From Octopus sinensis (Eukaryota), in the NCBI RefSeq assembly GCF_006345805.1, contig NC_043018.1, forward strand, positions 8,246,001 through 8,310,000: a stretch of 64,000 nt of DNA, written 5' to 3'. Numbering within the stretch: position 1 is the stretch's first letter; each line of letters opens with the position of its first letter. The position numbers and the translations under genes were made by a program. Positions 37,451-50,712 of the stretch are shown piece by piece. The notes under the pieces are model-generated. The model made no database searches, was not told where the DNA came from, and worked only from the letters and a program-made list of their open reading frames with translations.

Positions 37451-37689
37451 ATATAAGGGATATTAGCCAACTGAATATGGCTAGGGACAGGGCAGGGTGG
37501 TGGGGGTGTCACTGTTGCATTTAGCCCCAGGCGAACATCAACGTCACCAGATAGGCCGACGCCATCACGGCGTCCTCTATCTTGCAAAGGGAGATCATTC
37601 ACCAAGAAGCGGATACCAGCAACAGTGACACCCCCACCACCCTGCCCTGTCCCTAGCCATATTCAGTTGGCTAATATCCCTTATATTAT
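37448..37689. mobile_element. Young MITE with perfect 71-bp TIRs
   Basis: 37448-37518 is the exact reverse complement of 37619-37689, around a 100-bp CpG-rich core. Confidence 0.85.
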
Positions 37690-38789
37690 GGAGCAGTCAC
37701 TGTCTATATCTCATTTAGAGAATTATTATATATATATATATATATAATATTAAATTAGAGACAAAACCACTATTATGCAAATCAAACTGGATTTATTCCC
37801 TAATATTTATTATTAATATATATATATATATATATATATTCTTAACCATACTGCCACACCTGCACCAACACTGTCATATGTTAAATATAAACTCAGGAAT
37901 TTCATTCCATTCCGATTTCCAATTTCATATTGATAAAAATCAATCAAGATAATGTCACAAACATTTATGGAAAACATAGAAATTACTGAATGTTTTTTTA
38001 AATATTTTTCTAAAATTTCAGATTTGTAATATGTTGCTTTAAAAATATAAAATTCCATAAAAAATTTTCATTAAAAACAAATATAAAATAATTTAAAATA
38101 TATGATATCTAATGCCGGTGCTCCAGCATGGCCACAGTCATTGGACTGAAACATATAAGAGAATAAGAGAATAGGCAGAGGTGTGGCTGTGTGGTAAAAA
38201 GTTTTCTTCCCAACTACATAGTCCCAGGTTCATTCTCACTGCATGACACCTTGGGCAATTATCATCTACTATAGCTTTGGGTCAACCAAAGCCTTGAGAG
38301 TAGATTTGGTAGATGGAAACTGATGCGTGTGTGTGTCTGTGTGCATGTGCATCTGTGGTTGGTCTTTATCTTCCACCACCACTTGACAACCAGTACAGCA
38401 GTTCCCAAACTTTTTCAGGCTGCCGTCCCCTTGGCACCCAGGCCACACTTCTAGTACCCTTCACTCTCTTCACAAATATAGACCACTTTCTGCAGCAAAT
38501 TTAAAACAACTGTAATTAACAAATAAAACTTAAACCTAGTTAACCTATTAATATTTTTTTTTACATCTTTCACCTCATTTTCGCCACCCCATTATCATCC
38601 CACTTTTCTCTAACGCCCCCACCCCACAGATCTTTCCACCGCCCCAAGGGGTAGGTAGTACTGCCCACTTTGGGAACCACTGTGTTATAATAGAAGACAC
38701 TTGTCCAAGGTGTCAGGCAGGACTGAACCCAGAACCATGTGGTTGGGAAGAAAGCTTCTTACCACACATCCACACCTGCACCTTCTCTC

Positions 38790-38948
38790 CTTTTTTTTCT
38801 CTCCTTGTTTTTTTCTGTGTCCCCCTCTGTAGAAGAGCGTAGGCTCAAAATGTAAAAGACTTTTTCTATTCCTGAGCGTTATACTAATACATCTGTTTGT
38901 TTTGTACACCACCTGTCTTCGTCTTTTGTTTTTTTCGTAAACTCTCCC

Positions 38949-38952
<4 letters not shown>
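38790..38952 (+). mobile_element. Second copy of the Penelope-like fragment
   Basis: Near-identical to 21905-22080. The hammerhead GAAAC has decayed by CpG transitions (cgaaacgt to caaaatgt). Confidence 0.45.
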
Positions 38953-38984
<32 letters not shown>

Positions 38985-39449
38985 TTAATGAGAGAGTTGA
39001 GAAGAAACAAACTCTGAATGGGGGTGGGTGGATTACTGAAGTGTAGTTATGTTGAAAATAGACCACAGAAAAGCAGAAATCTGGCAACCATTAGTATCCC
39101 GCATACAATACAAAACAAACGATAAAACACTAAAGCAAGTAATTAGCAGTAAGACTGTAAACAAGGTAATTAGTAGAATGGAATAATTTTAACAAGAGCC
39201 ACCACAGATCTTACAATAACAAGACATTGTTACAACATACCTACACAACAGCAACAAGACAACTCATTATCAAACACTTCCCAAAATCCGTCACTGCTTA
39301 CCACATGAAGTAGGAAGAAAAACAAACTGCAAGAATAGGGTTAGGGTGTTGAGATCTTTTATCAAACAGAGCAGAAAACCAACAGAGGGTTTCCAAGACT
39401 CAAAACCTCAAGAACTCAAAAGATTACATACACCTAAAAAATATATTAT

Positions 39450-39863
39450 TCATTTACTTGTTTCAGTCATCTGACTGCGGCCATGCTGGAGCACCGCCTT
39501 TAGTCAAGCAAATCGACCCCAGGACTTATACTTCTTAAGCCTAGTACTTATTCTATCGGTCTCTTTTGCCAAACCGCTAAGTTACGGGGACGTAAACACA
39601 CCACCATCTGTTGTCAGGTGATGTTGGGGGGGGGGGGACACAAACACACAAACATATACACACACACACATAAATATATATATATGTATGCATATATATA
39701 CGATAGGCTTCCTTCAGTTTCCGCCTACCAAATCCACTCACAAGGCTTTGGTCAGTTCAAGGCTATAGTAGAAGACACTTGCCCAAGGCACCACGTAGTG
39801 GGACTGAACCCGGAACCATGTGGTTCGTAAGCAAGCTACTTACCACACAGCCACTCCTATGCC
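39450..39863 (-). mobile_element. SINE family A
   Basis: Full-length reverse-complement copy. Confidence 0.88.
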
Positions 39864-42419
39864 TGTATTTTCTATGGTTGGACACCCTTCTGGTTACCAG
39901 CCCTCACTTGTTTGCAAGCAAGGCAATATTTTTCCATGGTCAGACATGAAGATTGAAAACAAAGACCACTGTTTATTTGTTTATCCCCTACAATTCAAGC
40001 ACTTGACCCGAGTCTATAGTATGAGTATAGTGGCAGGCAGTGGAATTGAACCTGAATCCACATAGCTACAAAGGTATACCTTTTTACCAGACAGTCATAC
40101 CCTCACATATATACTGAGAGCATCAATGTCACAACATCAAAAGCTAAATGTTTCCCATAGAATCAGACTGATGAATTTGTTGAAAATCAACATAACTTTT
40201 ATACCAATCAATTTTGAAACAGTTTTTCTCTTAATCTTTGAAAATAACAGCAGAACAAGAAATTCTCTCTCCCCTCCACCTCAGCCTCGCTAAAATAGAT
40301 TTCATAAAAACCAAAATATTCAGTGATTCAGTGAAAGAACCTTTTAAAAGATAATTTTTTTTTCTTTAAAAGAGTTTTTGAAATGCTTTAACAGATATTT
40401 GGATAAGTTTAAATAAGAAAATAACATTTTTCAGTATTTATTTATTCTTCAATGCTTGGAAGATTTCTTCAACAAATACTAAAATATTTACAAAGGAGAA
40501 AAAACGAAAAAAAAAAAAAAACACTTTCTATTCCTTAAAATTGTCTTTAAAACCATTCAGTCGATAAATATTTAGATATATTATGGAGAACGAGAATAAA
40601 AAAAAAAAGTTTTTAATTCCCGATTTTCAATTTTGAAAGAGTCTTTGAATGATTTCTTTAACCAACACTTGGAAAACATCCCAAATGCTAAAAGTTAAAT
40701 ATATAATTGCTGCCAACAGACACAGCAGTTCTAAAAGCAGAGGGAAATGAAATGGAAAAATGCAAAAAGCCAAAACCATCCATCATCATCACTACCATCA
40801 TCACCATCATTACCATTTTAACATCCACTTTTTATTGCTTTCATGGGACAGATGAAATTTACTGAGGCAGATTTTCAACAACCAGACGCTGTTCCTGTTG
40901 CCAACCCTCACCCGTTTCCAAATAAGGTAGTATTTCCCCCATGGTCAGACATGTTTTCACAGAAGATTGGAAATGAAGGACACCAGTTGTATGATGATGA
41001 TGATTACTTACAAGTATTGTGCAACATCACACACACACAGACAGACAGACAGACAGACACACACACACGGGCAATGCCCTTCTTCATCTGACAAAGCCAT
41101 AAAAAACCAACAACTGTGGCAACAACAAACCAGCAAGGTCATTCAAACAGCTAGAAATAGCAGCCATGTCACCATCATCATCATCATCATCATTTAACAG
41201 CCATGGGTTCGACAGTTTTGATAGGCGCTGGCTAGGCTGGGAGGTGCACCAGTTTGATCATCCGTTTGACATGGTTTCTACAGTGGGATGCCCCTTCTAA
41301 TGTCAACCACTTTACAGAGTGTACTGGGTGCTTTTGATATAATTCCAGTGCCAGTACTTCTTACATGACACCATCACCGGTGCTTTTTATGTGGCACCAT
41401 CATCAATGCTTTTTATGTGGCACTAGCACCAGCGCTTTTTATGTGGCACCAGCATGGACAAGTTCACCAAGTACTTTGCACAACAAAAAACCATCATCTA
41501 AGAGTGGGGAGTAGTACTTTGTGCCAGTTGAGAGATTTAAGGCAGAGAGGGTGACAGATATAGGTGCCATACTGTGGATAGGGTACCCTGTTGAAAAACA
41601 AAGGAGAGTAAGCTGCAGAGTAAGATACGGAGAGTGATATGTCTTAAAAGATATGTCTTAAGTGATATCACTTAAGACATACAATTATATAATATCATTA
41701 TAATAATTGACATAACTCATTTGTGTGTTGTGTAATTATAGTTTAATTGAATTGAATTGGTTTTAGGTGTATATTATTTTAAAATGTTAGGTATTAATAG
41801 TTGAACATTATTATCTTAAAAGCAGGAAGGACATATTGGATATTGAAGTTCTTGATATACCATGTCTAAATAAAAGATAGAACACTGCCATTTTAAAAAA
41901 CCAAGGACACATAAGATGATGTAGTCTTAGATAAACTGTGATCTGAGAAAAAGCGAAAAAAAAGGAGAAGAAAAACAAAGCTATGAACACAGCAGGAACA
42001 ATTTTGATCATAGGTCTACTGGACAAGGCCTGCTGACCAAGAGTTAAATAACATCATCATTGTTATCAGTTTCACATCCACATTTCCATGCCTGCATGGG
42101 TTGGACAGAGTTTATTGAAGCAGATTCTCTATAGCTCGGAGCTCTTTCTCTCATTAACCAAACACACACACACAGAAAGGCAGAGAGAAAAGGACTGATA
42201 CACACACAGACAAGCTATCTTATTACACACACACAAGAATATGTGCATACACACACAAACACATACATGTGTAAGTGTATGTATGTATGTGCGTGCTTTC
42301 AAGCAAGGTGATATTTCCCCATGGCTAGACATGTCTTTGTGGGACAGTGGTTGCTTGCATGACAGTGGCACTCATTTACAACTATTCATACAATGTTAAG
42401 ACAAGGAAATACAAACATA

Positions 42420-42583
42420 GGGGCAGGTGCAGCTGTAAGGTAAGTAGCTTGCTTACCAACTGCATGGTTCTGGGTTCAGTCCCACTGCATGGCATCTTGA
42501 CCAAGTGTCTTCTACTATAGCCTCGAGCTGACCGAAGCCATGCAAGTGGATTTGGTAGACAGAAACTGAAAGAAACCTGTCGC

Positions 42584-42636
<53 letters not shown>

Positions 42637-42915
42637 CATACATACATCATACGTATGTATGTATGTATGTATGTATGTATGTAGATATATATATATATAT
42701 ATGTATGTATATGTTTGTGTGTCTGCGTGTTTTCCCTCACCATTGCTTAACAACCAATATTGCTATGTTTACATCTCCGTAACTTAGTGGTTAGGCAAAA
42801 GAGACCGATAGAATAAGTACTAGGCTTACAAAGAATAAGTCCTGGGGTCGATTTCTTCGACTAAAGGCGCTGCTCCAGCATGGCTGCAGTCAAATGACTG
42901 GAACAAATAAAAGAA
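42420..42915 (+). mobile_element. SINE family A
   Basis: Head, expanded central (TA)n/(TATG)n, tail. Confidence 0.88.
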
Positions 42916-43447
42916 TACACACACTCATCCACACATATATATATTGTGGAGGCAGTGTTGGAATAGTCATCATAAGATTGTGGTTTCAATTCCTGCACCG
43001 GGCAACATATTGTGTTCTTGAGTAAGACACTTCATTTCACGTTGCTCCAGTCCACTCAGCTGGCAAAAATGAGTAACGCTGAGATGGACTGGTGTACCAT
43101 CCAGCTGGGGAGTATGTATGCCATGAAACCAGGCAAGCAGCCCTTGTAAGTTAGCATGACTTCAGAAGGTAACTATCATCATCATCATCGTTTAACATCC
43201 GTTCTCCATACTAGCATGGGTTGGACGGTTTGACTGGGATCTGGGAAGCCAGAAGGCTGCACCAGGCTCCAGTCTGATCTGGCAGTGTTTCTACAGCTGG
43301 ATGCACTTCCTAACGCCAACCACTCCGTGAGTGTAGTGGGTGCTTTTTATGTGCCAGGCAGGCCTGGTAATGGCCACGATCAGATTGGTACTTTTTACAT
43401 GCCACCGGCACGCAAACACATACATATGATGGGCTTCTTTCAGTTTC

Positions 43448-43676
43448 CTATTTCTTTACTGCCCGCAAGGGGCCACACACAGAGGGGACAAACAAGGACA
43501 GACAAATGGAGTAAGTCAATTATATCGACACCAGTGCGTAACTGGTACTTATTTAATTGACCCTGAAAGGATGAAAGGAAAAGTTGACCTCGGCGGAATT
43601 TGAACTCAGAACGTAGCGGCAGACGAAATACTGCCAAGCATTTTGCCCTGGGTGCTAATGTTTCTGCCAGCTTGCC
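43448..43676 (-). mobile_element. SINE family B nested in SINE A with a 16-bp TSD
   Basis: ggcttctttcagtttc at 43432-43447 and 43677-43692. Confidence 0.9.
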
Positions 43677-44755
43677 GGCTTCTTTCAGTTTCTGTCTTCC
43701 AAATCTACTCCCAGAGCTTTAGTCAGCATGGGGCTACAGTACAAGACTCTTGACCAAAGGACCATGCAGCAGGATTGAACCTGGAACCATGAGGTTGGGA
43801 AGCAATCTTCTTACCACACAGCCATGCCTGCAACTACAGTATCAACAAAACCAGCAACAATACTAAAAGACATCATAAAGCTGAAACAATTCCACCCCTG
43901 CCCACCACCTGCCATCCGTTTTTTCTTGGTAGAAGCTTCTAGAACGCAGACTGCTGTGAACTCAGCTTAAAATGTTACGAATCACTCGGTATTAAGATTT
44001 TAGATTTGAAGAGGTTTGTTGAGTGACCTTCAAAAGAAAAAATGGTTCACTTTTAAACAAGCAGCAGAGGTCAGAATGATGTGATTGGGTCTGACATTTC
44101 TTTCAAAACAAACAAACATATAAGGCTGCCTGTAGATCGAACACTTGTGAGAGGAGTTGGGGGGGACGGGGACGGGGGGGGGGAAGATGGAAAAGGCGAG
44201 AGACGGGGGTGGGGGGAAACGGAAAGAGAGACAGAGAGGAGAGAGAGACAGACAGACAGACAGAAACCGAGAGAGTGAGCGAGAGAGGGAAAGCGTGAGA
44301 GAGCGAGGTGAAGAGGAAGAGGAAAGGGGAAAGAGGGAGGGAGTAAAATATCAAGTGAAGGGTACCACCACCAAACCCCCTCCTCTCTTGCTCTTCCTCC
44401 TCCCACATCACCTTCTTGATGACAGAACTTCACAGTGCATGAAGGGCAACAGACAGACGCTGTTTGCAATCAGCCTTGCACTTACAGGCTTGACACTTTG
44501 CATTCTACTGCAGCAGCAGCAGGAACAACAACAACAACAACACAAAAAAAAAACACTGATGGTAAAGGAGGTGTTGACTCACACGCACACACATACTTAC
44601 GTTCATAAATAGAACCATGCACATATAAGTACACACCATACGCTATGTATACATGTGTGTGTGAATATATAATATAGCCTGGTATATAGATATATACATA
44701 TACATACATACATATATATGTACAGATATATATAAATACATAATATATATAAAAC

Positions 44756-44799
<44 letters not shown>

Positions 44800-45013
44800 G
44801 AGGGCGTAATTATACATACATGCCAGGAGGCATTATATACCTGCAAACGCTAAGAGGAGCAATCAGTCATTTCTACCAAAAATATTACTAATCCCACATG
44901 ACAATTCTTGTTAAGTTTCCTTATTAAGTAGTTGTCTTAATTGCAAAAATATAATATATACTATAGAATATACATATACATATATATATACATATAAATA
45001 TATATATATATAA

Positions 45014-45044
<31 letters not shown>

Positions 45045-45469
45045 TATAATAGTACATATATATACATATACACACACACACATTATATATATACATACAA
45101 TATTTATATATATACAATTGTTTTGTTTGTATTCCACTGCCTTCGTCTTTTGTTTATTTCCGTAAACCTTGCTCCTCTTTTGTCTATTTCATAAAGATTC
45201 CGGTATATATTATACATATTATATATATACATATATATATATACACAAATATATATATATATATTATATATCTCTATATATATATATAAATATATATATA
45301 TATAAATACATATATATATAAATACATATATATATATATATATAAATACATATATATATAAATACAATATATATAAATACATATATATATAATACATATA
45401 TATATAAATACATATATATATATAAATACATAAACCTGTCGAGGCAAGTGAAATCAAATCAAAATCAGA

Positions 45470-45952
45470 ATCGCTGACGTGGCCGATGACAGTACCGCCT
45501 GATTGGCACTTGTGCCAGTGGAATGTTAAAAGCACATCCGAGCATGATCATTGCCAGGGCCACGGATTGGCTCCAGTGCCGGTGGCATATAGAAAGCACC
45601 ATTTGAGCATGATCGTTGTACAGCGTCGCATTACTGGCACATGTACCAGTGGCATGTGAATAACAACTTTCGAGCGTGGTTGTTGCCAGTGCCGCTGGAC
45701 TGGCTCCCATGCAGTTAGCATGTAAAAAATACCCTTTGAGTGTGGTCAATGCCAGAACCGCCTGACTGGCCCTTGTGCCGGTGGCATGTAAGAGCACCCA
45801 CTATACTCTCAGAGTGGTTGATGTTAGAAATGGCGTCCAGCCATAAAAACTTTGCCAGATCAGATTGAGCCTGGTGCAGCATTCTGGCTCTCCAGTCAAA
45901 CCGTCCAACCCATGCCAGTATGGAAAATGGATGTTAAATGACGATGTTGATG
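45470..45952 (+). mobile_element. Family G with an internal array of about 63-bp monomers
   Basis: Repeated gtgccggtggca units, then ggttgatgttagaaatggcgtccagc...gatgttaaatgacgatg. Confidence 0.8.
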
Positions 45953-45960
45953 ATATATAT

Positions 45961-45998
<38 letters not shown>

Positions 45999-46417
45999 AG
46001 GCGAGCTGACAGAACCGTTAGCACGCCGAGTGAAATGCGTATCCATATTTCATCTACCGTTACGTTCTGAGTTCAAATTCCGCCAAGGTCGACTTTGCCT
46101 TTCATCCTTTCGGGGTTGATAAATTAAGTACCAGTTACGCACTTAATCCATTTGTCTGTCCTTGTTTGTCCCTTCTATGTTTAGCCCCTTGTAGGTAATA
46201 AAGAAATAAATTTGAAAAGCTACACGCGAAACCAGTCTTTCTTTAAAATTATGTCATTATAAGAGAAAAAAATTTTTTTGAAAAATTTTCTAATATTCTT
46301 CAGACATATTGACGCAAATATATATATTTTTTCTAACATTTAAGCCTTCTGTCGTTTTTTCACTCTTTACTACTTTCTATATATTCACCCACGTGCTTTT
46401 ACAAACCAACTTTCTTA

Positions 46418-46453
<36 letters not shown>

Positions 46454-47389
46454 CATACATACATATATTCCTGAGCGTTATACTAATACATCTGTTTGTT
46501 TTCTACACCACCTGTCTTCGTCTTTTGTCTTTTTCGTGAATTCTCCCTATATATATATGTATGTATATATATTTGGTCACACTGCTTTCGTGAATTGCTG
46601 TGAGTCTGTTGCCATAAAATTCTATTAATTTGAATTGGTAGCTTGAGTCATAATGAAAGTTTCATATAAACACACATATATATATACACATATATATATT
46701 GGATAATAAATCGTATGGTGTATCCTTGATAGCCTTCCGGTAAAGCAAGTTCAGCTTTGCAGTGTTCATTGGGTATTTTTGATTAATGAGAGAGACGGAA
46801 GATGGAATAGAGAAGAACATTTATTGTAGAAACAATTGTAACGATCAATAAACATCCTTGTATCTTCCATCTCTCCCATTAATCAAATACACACACACAG
46901 AAAGGAAGAGAGAGAGAAGGAGTGACACACACACAGAAAGGAAGAGAGAGAGAAGGAGTGACACACACACAGACAAGCTATCTTATTACACATACATGTG
47001 TGTTTGTGTGTGTGTTGTGTGTACAAAAGCACTTCAGCATCCCATTATTGCACAATCTGCAGTTTGTGGCGGTCATATATCTTAGACATGACCAGTCGAC
47101 ATAATAACTTCACAATGGAACTCTCTGGATTTATCTTTGATCTAATACAAAGAGAAGAAACATAATTACGGTTGTTATACCACAGCCACCACCACCACCA
47201 CCACCACCACAATGAGCCAATGAAGAAATCTCTACATGACTGCTCTACCAGGTAGAAATAGCAACCAAATCCTCCTCAAATTACACCACTGCCATCATTA
47301 AAAAAAAAAAACCCAAGAATTTTGATAATGTTATTGTAAAGTCTTAGAAAAACAGAACTCATCTTTTGATATGGAACATAAACAAATAT

Positions 47390-47617
47390 GCGCAGGAGTG
47401 GCTGTGGGGTAAGTAGCTTGCTAACCAACCACATGGTTCCAGGTTCAGACCCACTGCGTGGCACCTTGGGCAAGTGTCTTCTACTATAGCCTCCGGCTGA
47501 CCAAAGCCTTGTGAGTGGATTTGGTAGACGGAAACTGAAAGAAGCCCATTGTATGTGTGTGTGTATGCCCACATGTGTGTGTGTGTGTGTGTGCGCGCGC
47601 GCGCGTGCGTGCGTGCA

Positions 47618-47649
<32 letters not shown>

Positions 47650-47835
47650 TGTGTGTGTGTGTTTGTGTGTCCCCAAACATCGCTTGACTTCGATGCTGGT
47701 CTGTTTACGTCCCCGTAACTTAGCGATTCGGCATAAGAGGCCAATAGAATAAGTACTAGGCTTGCAAAGGATAAGATTTGCTCGACTATAGGTGGTGCTC
47801 CAGCATGGCCACAGTCAAAATGACTGAAATGAATA
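47390..47835 (+). mobile_element. SINE family A with a central (TG)n(CG)n(TGCG)n tract
   Basis: Full-length copy. Confidence 0.88.
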
Positions 47836-47917
47836 AATATGAGCAAGAAATGTTGATGTGATTTCTGAGATATCGCCTGAAGCAACCCTTTACAGTAACA
47901 ACTGCTTAAGTTTCTGA

Positions 47918-48095
47918 CCCCTTAGCATCTAAATCAGCCATATCTGACCGAAACATTCTACCTGTTTTATGAACAGATCCAACTTCTCACACCTACCCGG
48001 CAATGTCATAAAAGATTTAAGAATCGCATCATCAAACTCTCAAAACTTTGTGACAGTTAACTTATAATTAATTCAAACAATGTGAATAAAGAAGC
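47918..48095 (+). mobile_element. piggyBac-like MITE, degenerate and 3'-truncated
   Basis: gaccccttagcatctaaatcagccatatctgacc... is similar to the 26644 copy. Confidence 0.55.
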
Positions 48096-48097
48096 AC

Positions 48098-48880
48098 AGG
48101 CATGGCTGTGTGGTAAGAAGTTTGCTTCCAACCACATGGTTCCGGGTTCAGTCCCACGTCGTGGCATCTTGGGCAAGTGTCTTGTAGCATAGTCTCAGGC
48201 TGACCAAAGACTTGTGAGTAAATTTGTTAGATGGAAACTAAAAGAAGCCCATTGTATGTATCATCATCAGAATTCAACATCCGCTTTCCATGCTAGCATG
48301 GGTTGGACGATTTGACTGAGGTCTGGTGAACCAGGCTCCAATCTGATCTTGCAGAGTCTCTACGATGTGACACAGGCACGAGGGCCAGTTTGGTGGTACT
48401 GGCAACGGCCATGCCCAAATGGTGCTTTTTACGTGCCACCTGCACAGGAGCCAGTCCAGCGGCACTGGCGACGACCTCGCTCGAATGTTTCACGTGCCAC
48501 CAGCACAAGTGCTAGTAAGGCAATGCGGTAATGATCACGCTCGAATGGTGTGCTTAACGTGCCATCGGCACGAAGGCCAGCTTGTTGCTCTGGCAACGAC
48601 CTCACTTGTATGGTACTCTTAGCGCTCCACTAGCAACAGATGCCAATGTATGTATATATGTACAGATATGACTGCATCAGTGTTTGTGCCCCACCACCAC
48701 TTCACAACAGGCATTGGTGTGTTTACATCCCTGTAACTTAGCAGTTCAGCAAAAGAAACCAATGAAATAAGTACCAGGCTTTAAAAAGCAAAAAGGTCCT
48801 GGAGTTGATTCATTCAACTAAAAATTCTTCAAGGCAGTGCCCCAGCATGGCCACAGTCTAATGACTGAAACAAGTAAAAG
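48098..48880 (+). mobile_element. SINE family A with a nested GAT-tailed element (48262-48640, minus)
   Basis: Head 48098-48260, 3' half 48680-48880. Confidence 0.8.
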
Positions 48881-49430
48881 ATTCATTCATTCATTGTTCG
48901 ACCGTGGTTGAGACAATGGAATTTACTGTTTCGCCAGACTTCACGGTCCATCATAGCATTATGGAGGTCCTGTTGCTGGATGCCTGTATCCCTGGAGATT
49001 ACATCAGGGTAGGAGAGTGTGCACCCTCTGGTATCATGAGCAGATGGCTTCCAGAGGAGAAGAGTAGAAATTACTTCGTTTTCAGCTCTACAACAATGTC
49101 GAGCAAACTGGACTCTCCTACCTTTCACAAGAGATGATACAGGTGGTAGTTTCCCATATATTTGTACTTTGGTTGGATGACGCTTCCACGAGAGATTTTG
49201 AGCTCTCATAAGGAGGCGAGTGTAAGTTCCATCCAACCGCCTCTCAAGCTTCTTTGATAACGTCCAGGTTTCTGAGCCATAGAGTAGAATTGGTTAGACT
49301 GTGGCTTTGAAGATTTTAAGTTTGAAATCTCTACTTAGATTTGATGACCAGATCTTATGCATATCATTACAAGCTGACCAGGCCATACCCTTTCTAGTTA
49401 GAAAATCTTTTTCAGATGATGATATGTATA
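48880..49430 (-). mobile_element. 5'-truncated RTE-clade LINE (ORF2 C-terminus)
   Basis: KLKIFKATV*PILLYGSETWTLSKKLERRLDGTYTRLL...RRVQFARHCCR...DREVWR, with a (TGAA)n tail. Confidence 0.88.
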
Positions 49431-49432
49431 CT

Positions 49433-49873
49433 CTCTCTTTTACTCTTTTACTTGTTTCAGTCATTTGACTGCGGCCATACTGGAGCACCGCCTTTAGTCA
49501 AGCAAATCGACCCCGGGACTTATTCTTTGTAAGCCCAGTACTTATTTTATCGGTCTCTTTTACCGAACCGCTAAGTGACAGGGACATAAACACACCAGCA
49601 TCGGTTGTCAAGCAATGCTAGGGGGACAAACACAGAAACACAAACACACACACACACACACACACACATACACATATATATGTATATATATATATATATA
49701 TACATACATATACGACAGGCTTCTTTCAGTTTCCGTCTACCAAATCCACTCATAAGGCATTGGTTGGCCTGGGGCTATAGCAGAAGACACTTGCCCAAGA
49801 TGCCACGCAGTGGGACTGAACCTGGAACCTGTAGTTGGTTAGCAAGCTACTTACCACACAGCCACTCCTGCGC
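49433..49873 (-). mobile_element. SINE family A
   Basis: Full-length reverse-complement copy abutting the RTE 5' truncation. Confidence 0.88.
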
Positions 49874-50207
49874 CTATGTAATCAGAAACCATATTTAAGT
49901 AAAAGATAGATTACATTTGACAGAGGAATCTGAATGCTAAGGAGTTGGATGAGCAAAAACCACTGGCAAATTTGTTGAGAACATAAGGAGAAGACAACAG
50001 GTTAAGTTCATTAGAGATCAGAAAGAGAAAGCCTTGAACACAGAGAGACAACTGGAAAACCGAAAAGAGAAAGGAAGAGGACACCAGAGAGAGAAGTCTT
50101 ACGAGTGAGACATCAGCTGAATAACTTGCTAAATTGTGCATGGGACAGGACAAGGGAGAGGTCAGTGTGATGGGTGTGATATGTGCAATTGTGTATGACA
50201 GTAACAT

Positions 50208-50550
50208 CATCATCATCATTTAGCATCCACTTTCCATGCTGGCATGGGTTGGACGGTTCAACTGGGGTCTGGGAGGCCTGAAGGCTGCACCAGGCCCAGT
50301 CTGATCTGGAAATGTTTCTACGGCTGGATGCCTTTCCATGAGTGTAGTGGGTGCTTTTCATGTGCCACCGGCACAGGTGCCATAGTGGGCTGGCAAACGG
50401 CCATGGTCGGATGGTGCTTTTTACGTGCCACCAGCACAGGGGCCAGGCGAGTCCGGCAAACGGCCACGACCGGATGGTGTTTTTTACGTGCCACCAGCAC
50501 GGATGCCCGTCGGGGCGGCACTGGCAACGGCCATGTTCGGATGGTTGAAT
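50208..50550 (-). mobile_element. Family G with three about 63-bp monomers
   Basis: gtgccacc at 50362, 50425 and 50488. Similar arrays at 20527-20853, 48262-48640 and 56505-56890. Confidence 0.8.
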
Positions 50551-50561
50551 ACAGGTAACTA

Positions 50562-50712
50562 TGAGGCGGTGACTGAAAAATTCCTGGCTTTAAGGGCACC
50601 GCAAAAGGCCTGGCTAAAGGCTCAGACTTCTGAGTTCTTGTACAGGGCTTAAAAAAACTGAAAAACTATATTTCCTTTTTTCCACAGCCAAGAACTTCTC
50701 AGCACCCCCTTG
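50562..50712 (+). mobile_element. Mariner-derived MITE, copy 2 (internally deleted)
   Basis: Same TIRs and gagttct..cagggctta.aaaaactga core as 7093-7311. Confidence 0.7.

Noticed and set aside
36330-37605. Six ORFs of 344-406 aa
   Set aside because: They are translations of the stop-free (TA)n/(CA) microsatellite (IY/YI/HT repeats). The same applies to the ORFs at 5158-6078, 14315-14704, 30657-31361 and 52331-53052.
40145-40175. CTGATGA-atttgtt-GAAA
   Set aside because: No stem I, II or III pairing.
45470-45800. Regularly spaced palindromic units resembling a CRISPR array
   Set aside because: The units are degenerate tandem monomers without unique spacers, inside a dispersed eukaryotic retroposon. 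No cas genes.
46205-46245. ttgaaaag-ctacacgc-gaaac-ca-gtc-tttc, possible decayed hammerhead
   Set aside because: Two core positions are wrong and stem I is not adjacent. It could be a relic but cannot be supported.
47575-47660. Alternating purine-pyrimidine (TG/CG) tract with Z-DNA potential
   Set aside because: It is the expanded central microsatellite of a SINE A copy; nothing indicates function.
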